A stretch of 64,000 bases of DNA from Octopus sinensis (GCF_006345805.1 NC_043000.1:83018001-83082000), one strand, 5' to 3'; counted from the first letter of the stretch, positions 13,329 through 28,106 are shown. Notes: generated from the letters alone by a model not told the origin. Translations and numbers: made by a program.

Positions 13329-13607
13329 TTTAATAAAGTATTGTTTGGTCTCTCTTGAAAATTTAATTTTCAAGAAAGAAATTAAATTATTTTTCACTGT
13401 TTATAAGCAATTTAGTGTGTAATGGAAGCACTGTCCAACAGATACATGCTTAATGCCTTTAGCCTTCATTGTTTTATTTTTTGTTTTCAGTTATTGGACA
13501 TGGCCATGCTGAGGCACTACCCTGACAAATAAACAATTTGACCTCATTACTTATTTTTTAAAAATCTGGCACTTATATTCTCTTTTGTTGAACTGCTAAT
13601 ATACAGG

Positions 13608-13643
<36 letters not shown>

Positions 13644-15235
13644 GTTTCTTTTAGTTTCTGTCTACCAAATCCATTCATAAGGCTTTGGTCAGTCAGCAAC
13701 TACAGTAGAAGACATTTGGCCAAGGTAACATGAAGTGGAACCATGTGATTGGGATGTAAACTTCCTATCACAAAGTTATGCCTGCACCTATTTTTATGAT
13801 GATGATGATGGTGATATATATATATATATATACAATCTTAATCATAGAATTGATCTCTAGCAGTTGATTCTTTTATTTAATATGTGATGATTCTTTAATA
13901 CAGTATGGCTAGATGTACACAAGTCATATTCATGGCTTTTTACCAAAACCCATACCTGGATCTCAAAACAAATCATACAATAACAATGATTTTGGTCTTC
14001 TCCAAGCTTTTAGCAAAACCTGAGGAACTATCAACACTGCAATCTAACAAAGCTTATCAAATTGTACAGTACTCCTGTATCTTATAAAAATTATTGTACC
14101 AATATTTGTACCCTTTAATTCATCTGCTACAGATAGATTTTTGCATTATTTTATATCCTGGTGTTGGATAGATAATTTAACAAAGCAGTGGGAAGGAAAG
14201 TATTCACACAATGCAATACAATTATTGTTACACAAGGTTAAACGCTCTCAGTCATGGCTCACAGTGAACTGCTTGCCCTTCAATTGCTCACAGTTCTTTA
14301 CTTTATAGCAATGTGTCTGTTCACTTTTAGTCACTTAAGGGTAGTCAGAATCCTTCCAAGACACATTAACAGTCCATAAGAGATATCTCCGGACAACTCC
14401 TATAATTAACTTGGCTTGCCTCTGTGGTTTTGCATTAAGTGTGATACACGTATTGCTATTTTCATTAAATAGTACTTTAGTTGTACATAACTGATTGTCT
14501 CTGATTGATTATCTGTCACCCTTGTATGTCAGCATACTATACTCATATACAATATTCATTAGAAGGTTTCATATTGTTTCTAGTCAAAGATTTGGGTTTT
14601 ATGAAATCTTAAATATATGATTAAAATTTTTTAAATATATAAATAATGAATGGAAAGATGAACACAGCAATCCAGTTTTGTAAGATATACACCATCATTA
14701 TCATCATTATTTTTACAGCTAGTTTTCCATGCTTGCATGGGTTGGATGGTTTTTGTTTGAAGCATATTTTTCAACAGCCCTTCCTCTCACAAACTCTCAT
14801 CTTTTTCCAAGTAAGATAATATTTCTCCATGACCAGCCATGTTTCTAGGGTAGATTAGAAATGAAGAGCAGCACTTGCATGACGGTGACACTCATTTACA
14901 AAATATCAAATGAAATCAAGGCAAGGAGACAGTAAAAAAAAACAAAAAACATACACACACAGCAGGCATCTTTCAGTTTCCATCTACTAAATCTACTCAC
15001 AAGGCTTTAGTCAGCTCAGAGCTATATTAGAAGACACTTGCAAGAGGTACCATGAAGAAGGACTGAAACTAAAACCATGTGGTTGGGAAGCAAACTTTTT
15101 ACCAAACAGTAATACCTGCAGTTATTCACAAAAACATAATTTGACTTTGAGCTAAATCCAAGATCTCAAAATTTAGTTTTATAATGTTCAGCTAAAGAAC
15201 ACACCAATATATACAAGAAGAATATTTCAACTTAC

Positions 15236-15385
15236 AATAAAATCTTCCAGCAATGTACAGATGCAGAAGTTGTCGACTATGATACACTGAGCGCACTGTA
15301 TAATCACTTACTTCTACAACTGATTGAATGTACTTCCAACTGCTGTCAATATCTATCGGCACAGATATCAAGTTGAGTGCATCAC
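15236..15385 (-). CDS. CFAP54: CFAP54-like exon, DALNLISVPIDIDSSW...RSVYHSRQLLHLYIAGRFY
   Basis: aactaaAG|...T|GTAAG; 150 nt, phase 1/1; resembles recalled LVCVPVDV...RSIRHSRKLLSLFLA. Not in the ORF track. Confidence 0.9.
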
Positions 15386-16458
15386 CTTTAGTTTGTCAGC
15401 ATTAAAGAAAACAATCATTGTTGAGTAAAAGTATCACAAAGAAAATAGATAGATATGTAAAGAGATCACTAAGAAAGAAAATGGAATAAAAATACTTTTA
15501 TAACTGCTTTGAACATTATATTTTTACTCTTGTAAAGATATATTCATAACTCCAATGGAAGACTGCAATGAGGAGATTAATGAGAGCAAGAGGAGAAATT
15601 ATACTGAGGTAGTGGTTTAGTGGTTTGAGTGTTGGACTCATGGTCGTATGATTGTGGTTTTCATTCTTGGGCCAGGTGACGCGCTGTGTTCTTGAACAAA
15701 ACACTTCATTTCATCTTGCTCAAGTCCACTCAGCTGGTAAAAATGAGTCATCCTGCACTGGATCAATGTCCCATCCAGGCGGGGAATGAAACTGGGAAAC
15801 TGGCCCTTATGAGTTGGTATGACTTAAGAAGGTAACTTTACCTTTTTTTAAATTATGCCAAAGCAATGGCTGGCAAGCAAGGTGTGATCCCATCAAGGTC
15901 ATCAGTTTGGTTGTAGAGGTCATCAGAGATTGCTTCAAGGTGACTATGGAATGGGTAGTGCTACTAGGGATAATGCTAACTGGACACAAGCTAGGGTCTA
16001 GGAAACATCACCAATGATGTGTCTGGGTTCATCATAGAATGCTTTATGGCAAAACACTTTAGTTGGTGAGTCAATTCAGTCTGACAGAGCCCATTTCTCT
16101 CAATAACACATTTAAACATACAAAATATTATTTTATATTCCCACAGATTAGCTTCATGATGTTCATAACAAATATCAAATTAGTTGTTAGTCATACTATT
16201 TTATTAGTTTTGTAGATAATTAAAGCAATTTTAGCAAAGTACAATTTATATAATTTAAAATTTGTTCTAGCAACATAATTCAAGGTTGGCAACTAAATAC
16301 TACCCTCAATTAACAACAGAGTTTAAAAAATTGAAATGTTTGTTTATCAAATTTAGTTTGTTAATTCAATATTTTTATTTCTTTTTAATATAAATAATTA
16401 CAATTGAACTTTTGGCAAAAACTCAGTTTACTTATTTCGAAATTCTGTTTACACATAT

Positions 16459-16490
<32 letters not shown>

Positions 16491-19400
16491 TTAACGTCCG
16501 CTTTCCATGCTGGCATGGGTTGGACGATTTTGACTGAGGGCTGGTGAGCCAGATGGCTGCACCAGGCTCCAATCTTGATCTGGTAGAGTTTCTACAGCTG
16601 GATGCCCTTCCTAACACCAACCACTCCGAGAGTGTAGTGGGTGCTTTTTACGTGCCACCTGCATGGGGGCCAGTCAGGCGGCACTGGCAATGACCTCGTT
16701 CGAATCTTTTTACACGTGCCACTGGCACAGGTGCCTGTGAATCGATGTTGGTAACAATCACGCTCGAATGGTGCCCTTTTACGTGCCATGGGTATGGAAG
16801 CCAGTTGGCTGCTCTGGCAACGATCACGCTCGGAAAGTTCTCTTGGCACCCTACTAGCACAGGCATAAGTGCCAGTAAGGCGACGCTGGTAACGATCATA
16901 CTCGAGTAGCCGCTCTGTCAATGATCACACTCGTATGGTGCTCTTTGCACCCCACTAGCACCAGTGCCAGTTATCTAATTGATTTTGATTTTGATTTTGA
17001 TTTCACTTGCCTCAACAGGTCTTCGCAAGCAGAGTATAGTTACCAAAGAAGGAAAGGTATGCATAAGTGGGCTGGTTATGTTCCTGGCATAGGCCACAGG
17101 TTATGGTCTCATTTGGCTTGCCGGGTCTTCTCGAACATAGCATATTTCCAAAAGTCTCGGTTGCTAGTCATTTCCTTGGTGAGGCCTAATGTTCGAAGGT
17201 TGTGCTTCACTACTTCATCCCAGGTCTTCCTGGGTCTACCTCTTCCACAGGTTCCCTCAACTGCTAAGGTGTGGCACTTTTTCACGCAGCTATCCTTATC
17301 CTTTCTTGTCACATGACCATACAAGTGCAGTCGTCTCTCTTGCACACCACATCTAATGCTTCTTAGGTCCAACTTTTCTCTCAAGGTACTTACACTCTAT
17401 CAAGTATGCACACTGACATTACACATCCATCGGATCATACTGGCTTCATTCCTTGCGAGCTTACACATGTCCTCAGCAGTCACAGCCCATGTTTCACTGC
17501 CGTGTAGCATGGCTGTTCATACACATGCATCATACAGTCTACCTTTTACTCTGAGCGAGAGGCCCTTTGTCACCAGCAGAGGTAAGAGCTCTCTGAACTT
17601 TGCCCAAGCTATTCTTATTCTAGCAGCTACACTTTCAGCGCACCCTCTTTCGCTATTAATTTGGTCACCTAGATAACGGAAGCTATCAACTACTTCTAGT
17701 TTTTCTCCCTGGAAGTCCTACTTATTAGGACTTTGGTTTTAGCTAGGTTGATTTTAAGGCCCTTCGATTCTAATCCTTGTTTCTACACTTAAAACTTCTC
17801 CTCTAGTTCTGATAGTGACTCAGCAATTAGAGCAAGGTCATCAGCATAGTGGAGCTCCCAGGGGCATCCTGTCTTGAATTCCTCCGTTATTGCCTGGAGG
17901 ACTACGATAAATAGGAGGGGGCTAAGGACTGAACCTTGGTAGACCCCAACCTCCACCCGGAATTCTTCACTGTACTCATTGCCAACCCTCACCTTACTAA
18001 CAGCATCCCTGTACAGGGCACGCACAGCTCTCACTAACCATTCATCTATCCCTAGTTTCCTCATTGACCACCAGATAAGGGATCGGGGGACCCTGTCAAA
18101 GGCTTTCTCCATGTCAACGAAAGCCAGGTACAGGGGCTTATCTTTGGCTAGGTATTTCTCCTGCAGCTGTCTCACCAGAAATATGGCATCAGTGGTGCTT
18201 TCCCTGGCACGAAACCAAACTGCATCTCATCCAAGTTGATTCTCTCCCTAATCGGTTGGGCTATGACCCTCTCCGTAACCTTCATTACCTGATCCAACAG
18301 CTTGATACCTCTGTAATTATTTGTATCTAGGGCATCACCTTTACCTTTGTAGCAGTTGACTATTATGCTGCTACACCAGTCATTGGGTATGACTCCTTCG
18401 TGTATCACCTGGCTAACTATACAGGTGACTAGGATATAGCCAACACTACCAGATATTTTGAGCATCTCTGCAGTAATTCCTGATGGGCTTGGGGCTTTCC
18501 CTGTCTTCATGATTATAATTGCCTTAACTACCAAAGAACTATCAACTCGGATAGCTGGTCCCTCTGTTGGGTCGACATTTGGCAGACTCTCTTTATCCTA
18601 TTCATTTTCTTTATTCAGCAACCTTTCATAGTGGCATCTCCAAACCTCTCTCTTTGTATCCTCATTTAGCGCAAGTGAACCATCATCCATGCGAACACAT
18701 TTCTCACCAACCACATCACGATTCTCTCTCACACACTGTCTTGCAACGCGAAATACCTCAAGTCTTCGGTCCTCACGGCGCAGAACATTGGCAAATTTTT
18801 TCTTATCTGCTTCCCCTCTGGCTAAATAAACCTGCCTCCTAGCTTCTCTTCTGGCAGTCTGATACACTTTCTGCTACCACCGTTCTTCCAGTCCTTCCAA
18901 GCCTGTTTCTTTTGTCTAATAGCCTTGTCAACAACATTGTTCCACCACCACCACGTTATTTTGGGTTGAGAGGGAGCTTTGCACCATCCACAGAGCTGGA
19001 CGGTGGCCCTTAGCAGGTTGTCCCGTAGGAACCTCCAGTTGTCTTCTATACCATGTGAAGCTATATCCCCTTCTATTTCATCAAAGGCTCTGAGTAATAT
19101 GTCTCTAAATCTCTGTCTGTTAGCAGGTTCTTTAAGTCTCCAGACCCGTCTTCTCCTTGCGGGTCATCTTCTGGGCATCCATTTAGCCCTGATCCTGAAG
19201 TCACTAACTACCAGTCTATGTTGTGGGGTACATTCTTTGCCAGGGAAGGTTTTGGCATTATAAGCAGCCATCTTTCCCTTTTTCTGGTGAGGATGTAGTC
19301 AATCTGACTAGTGTGTCTGCCAGATCGGTTGGTGACTATATGGCTGGCAGGTTTTCTGAAGTTAGTATTGCAAACCATAAGATCATTTGCATCACAGAAC

Positions 19401-20720
19401 TACAGCAGCCTGGTTCCCTCCTCATTGTGAGAGCCAAAACCGTAGCCTCCATGTATGCCATGGAAGCCCCCAACATGTTGTCCTGCATGTCCATTGAAGT
19501 CACCAGCCACAAAGAGAAGGTCCCTGTTATTCGTCAATGTGGTAGTCTGCAAGAGGGTGTCATAGTATCGGTCTTTCTGTCCATCGGGTAGCCCTGGCTG
19601 AGGGGCATAGGCCGAGATAATGGTTGCTAACCCATGATGGAGCACTAATCTAATCTTAAGTATTCTGCCGCATACTCTGACTACCTCAATTACCTTATCT
19701 ACCCATTTCTCTGCAAGAAGTATACCCACACCCCCAACCCCGTCAGTGTTCCCTGCCCAGAAAATCTTGTACCTGTGTTTTTTGCCTGTGAGGAATGTAG
19801 CAGAACCTCCTCTCCACCTTACTTCTTGGATGCAGCACATATTGACACATCTCCGTTCAAGCAACTCAACAATCTCACCGGACCTACCTTTCAGTATGCC
19901 GACATTGAGAGTGCCAACCCTGAGGGTGTGGGAGGTATAGGCCCTAGAGACCCTGGGACGGCGGACAGAGCCGTCATGTACCTGAAAAGAGAGCTCGCAT
20001 TTGGCAGAATTCATAACAACGATAGTCTTAAGCTCAACCTGCATACACTACACTATTATATTTTGCACTGTATGATCACTACCTTATATAGTAGGGGTGG
20101 GTATGGCGTAAGGACTTCAGAAGTGTTCATGGGAGGCAACCAAAGATGACAAAATAAGGATTTCCGGTATAGGTGGAGGGGGTGGGAAGGTGGGCGAACC
20201 GCAAACTAACAAACATGTGCTAGGAGTTGTAAGAGAGAGATAGAGAGGCAGACAGGGTGACGTGGGAGTTATGGCTTCAGGGATTTTTGGAGAAAGATAA
20301 AATTTGAGACGTGTGGTTGTTATCTCAGCCATCAACAAGTAAGAACAAAAAAAATAGAACTGAAATGAAATGCGTGAGCTAAAGTTAAGACAGAAGAATA
20401 GAACTATATTTACAGACAGAATAAGATAGAAGAGAGGGGAGATGATAATAATAAGGGTTTACAATGAAAAATACTGACAGAAATACAATGAAATGTAATT
20501 AATGACAAGTTGAATTTAAATCGCTTATCTGGGGTTTTTCATCCTCTGAGATACGTATTTCACAGCCAAGGAATTGAGGTGTAGTAGAGAGGGTCCGTGG
20601 CAAGCTTTAGTTTATATAGGATGGTAGGTGGGGAAGTAGGAAGTAGGTCTTGGCTAAACTAAAGTAATCAAAGGAGAGGGAGAAAGACACATAGTGATAC
20701 AGAGAGGGGAAGTTATAAGA
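16459..20720 (-). mobile_element. Near full-length RTE-clade LINE (APE + RT), pseudogenised
   Basis: APE motifs VGTLNV, CIQEVRW, AGDFNGH; RT motifs AFVDMEKAFD, QGSVLSP, YADD; stops and frameshifts; repeat-rich 3' UTR; (ATG)n tail. The 5' boundary is approximate. Confidence 0.92.
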
Positions 20721-21101
20721 CTTATAAATTGACTTACTTTGTCTAAGCTTTATTTCAAACCATACCTGTATGATGTAACAACACACTTATTACAACTGAT
20801 AGGAAAGGCAATATTGGAGCCTCTACAAAACTGCTCAACCTCCTTAAAATAGCAGCCTCAAACTACATTCTACCTTCTTGAAAAAAGAAAGAACATAATG
20901 GATAATGTAATCATGGATACATTGTCTTTCATTTTTTATGTCTTTGTTTGGTGAAGAAGATTTATTCATGGATACTCCATGACTAGTTATGAAGTATTTC
21001 ATCATATTTATGTAAGTTGTATATTATTCTAAAGTATTCCATCATTCAATTCAATAAGGACAATATGTAAAAATGGAAATAACTTTATTCTGATATCTTA
21101 C

Positions 21102-21340
21102 CTTTGTTGGTATTATAACTGCGTGCATCAAGATAAGTACCCAAAGGAACAGGCTTAGGTTTAGTTGCAGAGACTTTTAGCTGTAGATTCAAATATTTCT
21201 TGGTATTGAGACTCCCATCAGGGTTGTTAACAAGTTGTTCTAAACCAGCTGCTACAAAGGCCTTTTCAGAATTACACTGTTTCTCAAGGTGAAGTTGAGC
21301 ATTAACTAACAGAGGAAATGTAAATTCAGCAAATTTCTCA
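21102..21340 (-). CDS. CFAP54: CFAP54-like exon, EKFAEFTFPLLVNAQ...RSYNTNK
   Basis: ttttcAG|...AAG|GTAAG; 239 nt, phase 2/1; resembles recalled ERYTEQVTPLLVYAQ. Confidence 0.9.
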
Positions 21341-22839
21341 CTGAAAACCATAAAGATGAATAATTGCACTGAATAGAATAATTAACTGTTTCTTTTATAT
21401 TTTCATAAAACAATGAATTTAGAATGGTCATTATGATGTTCATTCACATTCACAAATTCCATCACTTGTTTCATAAGTTTTACCAGTTTTTCACATGTGG
21501 AAAACCGATCTTATTAAAATGGGCATCTAATCCTTATTTGAATGTGAAACCATAAAACAAACATGATAATGTTTTATTGAATTATTTCTTCTATGACCTA
21601 CATCATCATACAAAAACCTTTCTTCTTTATGTATAGGTAGATTCTTCAGTTAAATATTACAAAAGTACATCACAAGAAAAGAAATTTGACATTATTAAAT
21701 AGTCAAATAATAATTATTTTTCCTAAACTTAAAATATTTCATGTAGAAAACGGAAGCTGTGTAACTGTAGCTGTTTCAGCTTACATGTCAAATGATTTTG
21801 CATGTTTAGCTACCTCCTCTGAGATTACATCATTCAGATGAACATGCTTTTGGGGTGGTGGTTGTTGGATGGTTTTCACAAGAGGGCCCCTGGTCCCCTC
21901 AAGTCATATATTCTAGTCATCAGAATATTGTGAAACTGGACAGTGATTAACTTGCAGTAGGTATTCACCTACATAGCTAGAAAGGCTAAGATTACCAGCA
22001 GCTGTCACATTCCACACTAATTGAGTACTGGATTTGAGTAAGCAACAAGGGCCTATCACTCCCAAATTACTCTTAACAGTGCTCACATTCACTATCTCCA
22101 ATATTTCTATGTCTCCATGCACTGTTGCTAGATAGTTGTTAACCCTGTATTAGGTTAAACAAGTTATTTATCTGATCTTGCTTCTTGTCCCACTCAGTTT
22201 CTTACAATACTCCTCACCAGGTTGATGGGTGTGAGCAAATTTAATTGATGATGACTATGGGACAAGTACTGAATTACATGTTTTTGGTAGTACTCAGAGT
22301 GGTACATTTAGAATGACCACAATTGTGGCTATGTAAGTAATTCTGGGGCCAGACTTGTGACAGAGATTTACATTTACAAGTGGAAACATTCAAGCTAAAT
22401 GAAAATATCAACTGAATTACTCAGTGAAACTATTTCCCATTTTATCTATAGTTAATGCATTGTTGTTTTATTTAATAATTTTTAATAAACAATTTTTGTG
22501 GGGTTCATTCTTAAATAATGTGATCTTGTTTTGATTAAAACTGTAATTCTTCTCATTACAACACATTCAAAATTAATGTGATTTCTAATTTTTCTTTGTT
22601 TTTAACTATTTTCTCAGCAAACTATATTTTCCAATGCTTAGTTTTTTTCTCAAATATTGCAAATTTTTCTATAATCGCAAAGAAACTCATATTGAAAATG
22701 TTAACTAAAAAATTGTGGAGGTTTTTAAAGTACTATTCTGATTATCAAAAGTTATTCATGAATATGGGTAATACCAGTTACTTGTTACCAGTGCAAAATT
22801 AATTACAGAAAATAATATTAAAATATTTTTACATATTTA

Positions 22840-23175
22840 TTTTGCAAGATTTCTGATGTGAAATTGCATGTTGAAACAGATATTTCGGGATGGTCATTTT
22901 CTTTTTTTTTTTGGGGGGCAAATAAACACACACACACAGTATATTTGTTCTTCACTTGTTTATTATTGTTCATATTTTGTATCCTTTGCCAAGAAATCTT
23001 TAGTCACATATCCTGTGACCTCTTCAGGGGCTCTCCATCCCATGTGTCTCCTCCTGTTCTGTTTAGTCCACGTGGAATATACAGAATGAATGATTTCCAG
23101 ACAAAGGGCATAAAATAAGAACAATAATAAACCTGAAGTAAAAAACAAAAGTATGGTGTGTGTGTTTATTTGGCA
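22840..23175. mobile_element. Penelope-type pseudo-LTR remnant, inverted repeat
   Basis: Arms about 22918-22998 and 23092-23175; shares the tgcaagatt..gatgtgaaa..tgttgaaacag head with 44330 and 47908. Confidence 0.55.
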
Positions 23176-24613
23176 TGTATGCATGCATACATACATACAT
23201 GCATGATAGTCTTCTTTCAGTTTCTGCCTACCAAATCCACTCACAAGGCTTTAGTTGGCTAAGACTATAGTAAAAGACACTTACCCAAGATACAATGTGG
23301 TGGGACTGAACCCAGAATCATGTGGTTGGGAAGCAAGCTTCTTACTACACAGCCACATCTGTGTCATAAAATGTTTATGTTATGCTATGAAGTTTTACAT
23401 ATATTATTCTATCATACATAGAGTTATGCTATATAAAACAATAAATTATATCATAATCAATTTCCAGCATGCTGGCCTTGTTTGGCAAAAGCAGATGCAA
23501 AGTTAATTCAAATATCATGCTGTAGATACCATGAGAGAAACTTACATACAGGCTTTTGGTGCAAAATGCACTCTTGTTTATACCATTAGTGGCGAAATAA
23601 ATCCCCTCAACCTTCAGTGCTGAAACCACCCATCACATGTATTCAACCTTCTTTGGCCTTATCAATAATGGACATTCAACTGTTAGAGATAGTAGCAACC
23701 TATCTCCCTGCCAGCGGTATATATAGGAAAACAGTGCCAGAACAGGTGCTGGTGTCACAATTAGCCAGTGAACACTCATGGTGTTTACCTTTGTGTAGTT
23801 TGTTCTCACAGAACATCCACATTTAAGTGGGGATAAATATTACCTCTTGGTATTAACACTGCATCTGTTAGTAACATATGTAACTATTCAATACTCATGA
23901 TACTGAGCTCTTGAGTTGTTTCAAAGTATAGGGCACCTTTTATTTTATTATTAAGTAATGCAACCTAACTACACACCATGTGGCCTATATATCCAGTGGC
24001 TTATATAGCCAGTGACCTATATAGCCTGTAGCTTTCTTTAATTTTTTACTCGTTTCAATCATTAGACTGCAGCCATGCTTCGGCACCACTTTGAAGAAAT
24101 TTTGGTCAAATGGCTCAACCCCAGTAATTATGTTTTTTAAGCCTGGTATTTATTCTGTCAGTCTCTTTTGTCAAATCACTAAATTATGGGAACATAAGCA
24201 CACCAGCACCAATTGTCAAGCAAACACACACACATACACATATATACTATGGGCTTCTTTCAGTTTCCATCTACCAAATCCACTCAGAAGGCTTTGGTCT
24301 GTTAAAGTAGAAGCCACTTACCCAAGTTATGAAACAGTGAGACGGAACCAGAAACCATGTGGTTGGGAAGCAAACTTCTTACCACACAGTCATACATGTG
24401 CCTATATAATCTATAACGCTAAGAGAGGAAGATTTTTGATTATAAGCAAAGTAGAATTTGAACAACAATCTTCTGGTGGGCAGGGGTCTATATAATAAGG
24501 GGAGTTCATATCATAATCTATAAAGACTTATAAAAGAATTATTAAAGACGGTACAAACATTTGAATAATGATTACAATAAAAAAAGATAAAATGAAATAC
24601 AAATTATGTTTAC

Positions 24614-24834
24614 TTTGTCAAAGCATTGAAGCGAAGAATAATATCAACAAGAGTCTCCCATTTTTGCTTATACTGAAGAACAATTATGGCTCTTTTGCAG
24701 ATTTTCTCAATAATACGACCATCAACAACAGTGACATCATCAAGAACTGGATCAAAATGGAGATTGCAACTCCCTTTAAGGTCAGTCTGTGTATTAGACC
24801 AAGGGTCAGCTTTAAAAGAATCATTTTCTGTTGA
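24614..24834 (-). CDS. CFAP54: CFAP54-like exon, STENDSF...LHFDPVLDDVTVVD...KWETLVDIILRFNALT
   Basis: tttacAG|...AA|GTAAAC; 221 nt, phase 0/2; strong resemblance to recalled LTFEHPLDDVNVVD...KWETLVSLAIQFN. Confidence 0.92.
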
Positions 24835-25464
24835 CTGTAAATGATAAAAAATAATGTAGTAATGAGAACGGTGGGTGAGTATCGTTGTAGTAACAATAAT
24901 AATGATAGTAGTAATAGAAGTTACAATAGCCCAAGGGACGAGTTGAGACAATACAATATCTTGAGGAGGGGGGGGGTTAAATGTTTTCTCTAGAAATCTT
25001 GAAGTTGTTAGTCAGTCAGAAATTCTTATTCTATAAACATGCTTTTTACAAATGAACCAATTAATTGGTATTAGCAAATGATATAAAGACAATTAATTAG
25101 TATTAGTAAATAATAGAATGTGATTTGAAACTTAATGAACACTGACTTTGACTAATTATCAAAAGTAAGGTATACGTAGTTTGTGTGTATATATGTTTAT
25201 ACATTTATGTGTGTGTGTGTGTGTGTATTTAGAGAGAGAGAGAGAGAGATAACTTCTACAAGTTATATTTCTAAAAACAACTAAGCTAAATATTGCAAAC
25301 TGATGACATATCACTCCCACACTAAGAGTTTGTGTCATTTATAACAGTATTGCTCTGTTGTGGTACCTATTAATTTTCAGTTGAGAAGAGACAGCAAATT
25401 GAGGAGTCCTGACTGTGGACAACCAAATAGCACTGCTGATAATATTAACCATCAATAATGCAGT

Positions 25465-25655
25465 ATTATTAGCACACCAGGCAAAATGCTTAGTGGCATT
25501 TCACTCATCCTTATGCTCTGAGTTCAAATTCCATCAAGGTCAACTTTACCTTTCATCCTTTCAGGGTTGATAAAATAAGTACCAGTTGAACACTGGGGTT
25601 GATGACATCGACTTACCCTCCCCAAAATTACAGGCCTTGTGCTAAAGTTTGATAC
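25465..25655 (+). repeat. tRNA-derived SINE
   Basis: gagttcaaattcc B-box-like head, then cctttcatcctttcagggttgataaaataagtaccag; reverse copies at about 38200, 45305 and 55690. Confidence 0.75.
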
Positions 25656-26803
25656 TATTATTAACTATCAACGCTTCAAACAGAAAGGGACACAGTATAA
25701 GCCAGATAACAGTAACTAGATGAATAAATATATATGTATATATATTAATGTTTTGTTTTCATGTAAAGTTATATATAAAAACAATTAGCATTAAACTGAA
25801 GGATTACTCAATATTTTTTAGAAGAGTACATGTTTATTAAACTTTTACAAGGAATAGGCTGACAGTGAGTTCAAAGTGAGCAAGCTGAAACTTCAATCAC
25901 TGTCAACATTTTCCTTGTAAAAGTTGAATAAATATAGAGCCATTTCTCAATGAATCATCAAACAAATGTAGTTTGCTATTCCAAAAGAATTGGCTGGAAG
26001 TATATAAACTAAAACAATTACATTTTAAAGCTTTGTTTTACATATCTGCTATTAAGACACTTTATTCTAGATCTATTCCTAGCCAGATTTCTTGTTAGCT
26101 TTCAGTTCATCCTTGTCTATAAATGACTTCTTAAATAACCACAAAGTCTCTAATTTAATGAGATTGAGAAATGACATTTATGAATGTCATAATTTCAGAT
26201 TGCTGAAACCGAACTTTTAGATAATATCCTTATTTGACCGAAAACAAAATGTATGTTACATGTATATACAAAAGAATGGAAGTAAACAGGAACAAAATAG
26301 AAAAGTATTTTGGGTACTTGAATTGGTACTTATGCTAAAATCTTCCTAAGTGACAAGTCTAAATGTACTCATGATGTTTAGATATCACAGGAACAGATTT
26401 CATTTTGATTTTCTTCTTTTAAATAAAGAATTTGAAGATGTTCTGCAGAAGACTCAATCTAGCAGATTGGAAGTTGTATCGTAGACTATTCAAATGGAAA
26501 ATAATGTGCAGTTCTGATTGAGGTTAATATAGGCCTTTATTACTTAAAACAGTGATATATTTTACAGTCAAGTAAAAGAACGAGCCATTAACCTTTTGGA
26601 AGATGACATGGCTACTCTTTACAAAGAAATAAATTAATGTGTGAAGATGCACTGAAGTTAGGTTGAACCAGTCACATTTTCAGAGAATATACTATCAACA
26701 ATTTGGTCAGCATAATATCAAGAAACATTTAGGAATCTAAATTGTTTTCCACAATTCAGTCATACTTAAAATACACAAGCTTACAATCTACATTTCACTT
26801 ATA

Positions 26804-28106
26804 CTGAGTGTGATGGGTAAATTGTTGCCATTTTATATTTTTAATTTTGTGCATGCACATTGTCTGTTTTTGATTTGTTGATTATAGAGTATAGTAGAGT
26901 CGGTTGGGCACCATCTGTGAGAAAAACAGCACCTTGACGCAATTCACTCTGCCAAAAATTTGGAAACACGCTGTACTGCTTGGCATTCATGCCAGAAGCT
27001 CCAACACAAACATTTCAGAGTGTTTGGGTGTCAATCTGAGGACAGTGCAGAAGATTCGGAAACAGTTGAATGAGTCAAATGGTAATTATGAAGGTACAGC
27101 AGCTTAAAAAATTCCCTCTTATCGTTCTGATAAGAAAAGAACTCCTGAATTTGTTGGTGAGATCTAGGCTATGATTGACAATGATCCCTTCAAGTCAATT
27201 AGGTTGATTGTCAAGGACATAAGAGTGTCTGAGTTTCTTATCAGGCAGGTATTGCATGAAGCCATTCAGTATTCCTTATACAAGTTGAGAAAGGGCCAAT
27301 TTTTATCCCAAGCTATCAAGGACAAGATGAAAGACCATGCTACAAAGCTTTTGAACAAACTCAAGCATCCCCTCCAATCAAACATGCTTTGGTTTTTCTC
27401 AGACAAGAAAAATTTCTGCCAAGATCAGATGGTGAGCACACAGAACTACCATTGGTTTACCATGTCCCCAAAACATGTACTGAGAGTGATAAAAAAATCA
27501 ACCATCCAGTCAACATTATGGTGTCTAGAGGGATCACTAGTAATGGCAACATTATATCTCCATTCATCTTCCCACACGGCCTCAGACTCAACACAGAAGC
27601 CTACATTAAGTGCCTGGAGGAAGTAGTGCGGCCCTGGGTCAAGAGGGTAGCTGCTGGAAGACCCTATATCTAGTAACAAGACTCTGCACCATGCCACACA
27701 AGCAGGACAACCCAGTCATGGCTGTCACACAATTTCTGTGTTCACATCACTCTTAACATCCCAGCCACATAACTCCCCAGACTGCAACTTCCTTGGTTAT
27801 TATGTGTGGGGTGCAGTTGAGTGAGAGACTGACAAAACTCCTTGTGACACCAAAGATGAACTGAAAGCAAGGATTATGGCAGCATTCACCAACTTAAACA
27901 AGGAGACCTTCTAGAAGAGTTGCAGGAGATTCTGAAGTTGTCTGGAGGCCGTGGTTGAAGCCAATGGCAATTTTATTGAATAAATTTATTCTTTAGTATT
28001 TCAAGATATTTTAATGCAATTTTAGTAAATACGTCTGTTAAAATGAGATGTCAGTGTTATTTTCATTTTTGCGTAATTTAAACAACAATTTATTCACCAC
28101 ACCCTG
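26804..28106 (+). mobile_element. maT-like (DD37D) Tc1/mariner transposon, decayed
   Basis: TA-flanked TIRs ending caccctg; WFFSDKKNF, QDSAPCH, SPDCN with about 37 residues between the last two catalytic positions. Confidence 0.85.

Noticed and set aside
15605-15700. tRNA-like A/B-box sequence
   Set aside because: A degenerate SINE head; no cloverleaf can be drawn.
23979-24030. 16-bp unit x3 (gtggcctatatagcca)
   Set aside because: Short local slippage repeat with no further support.
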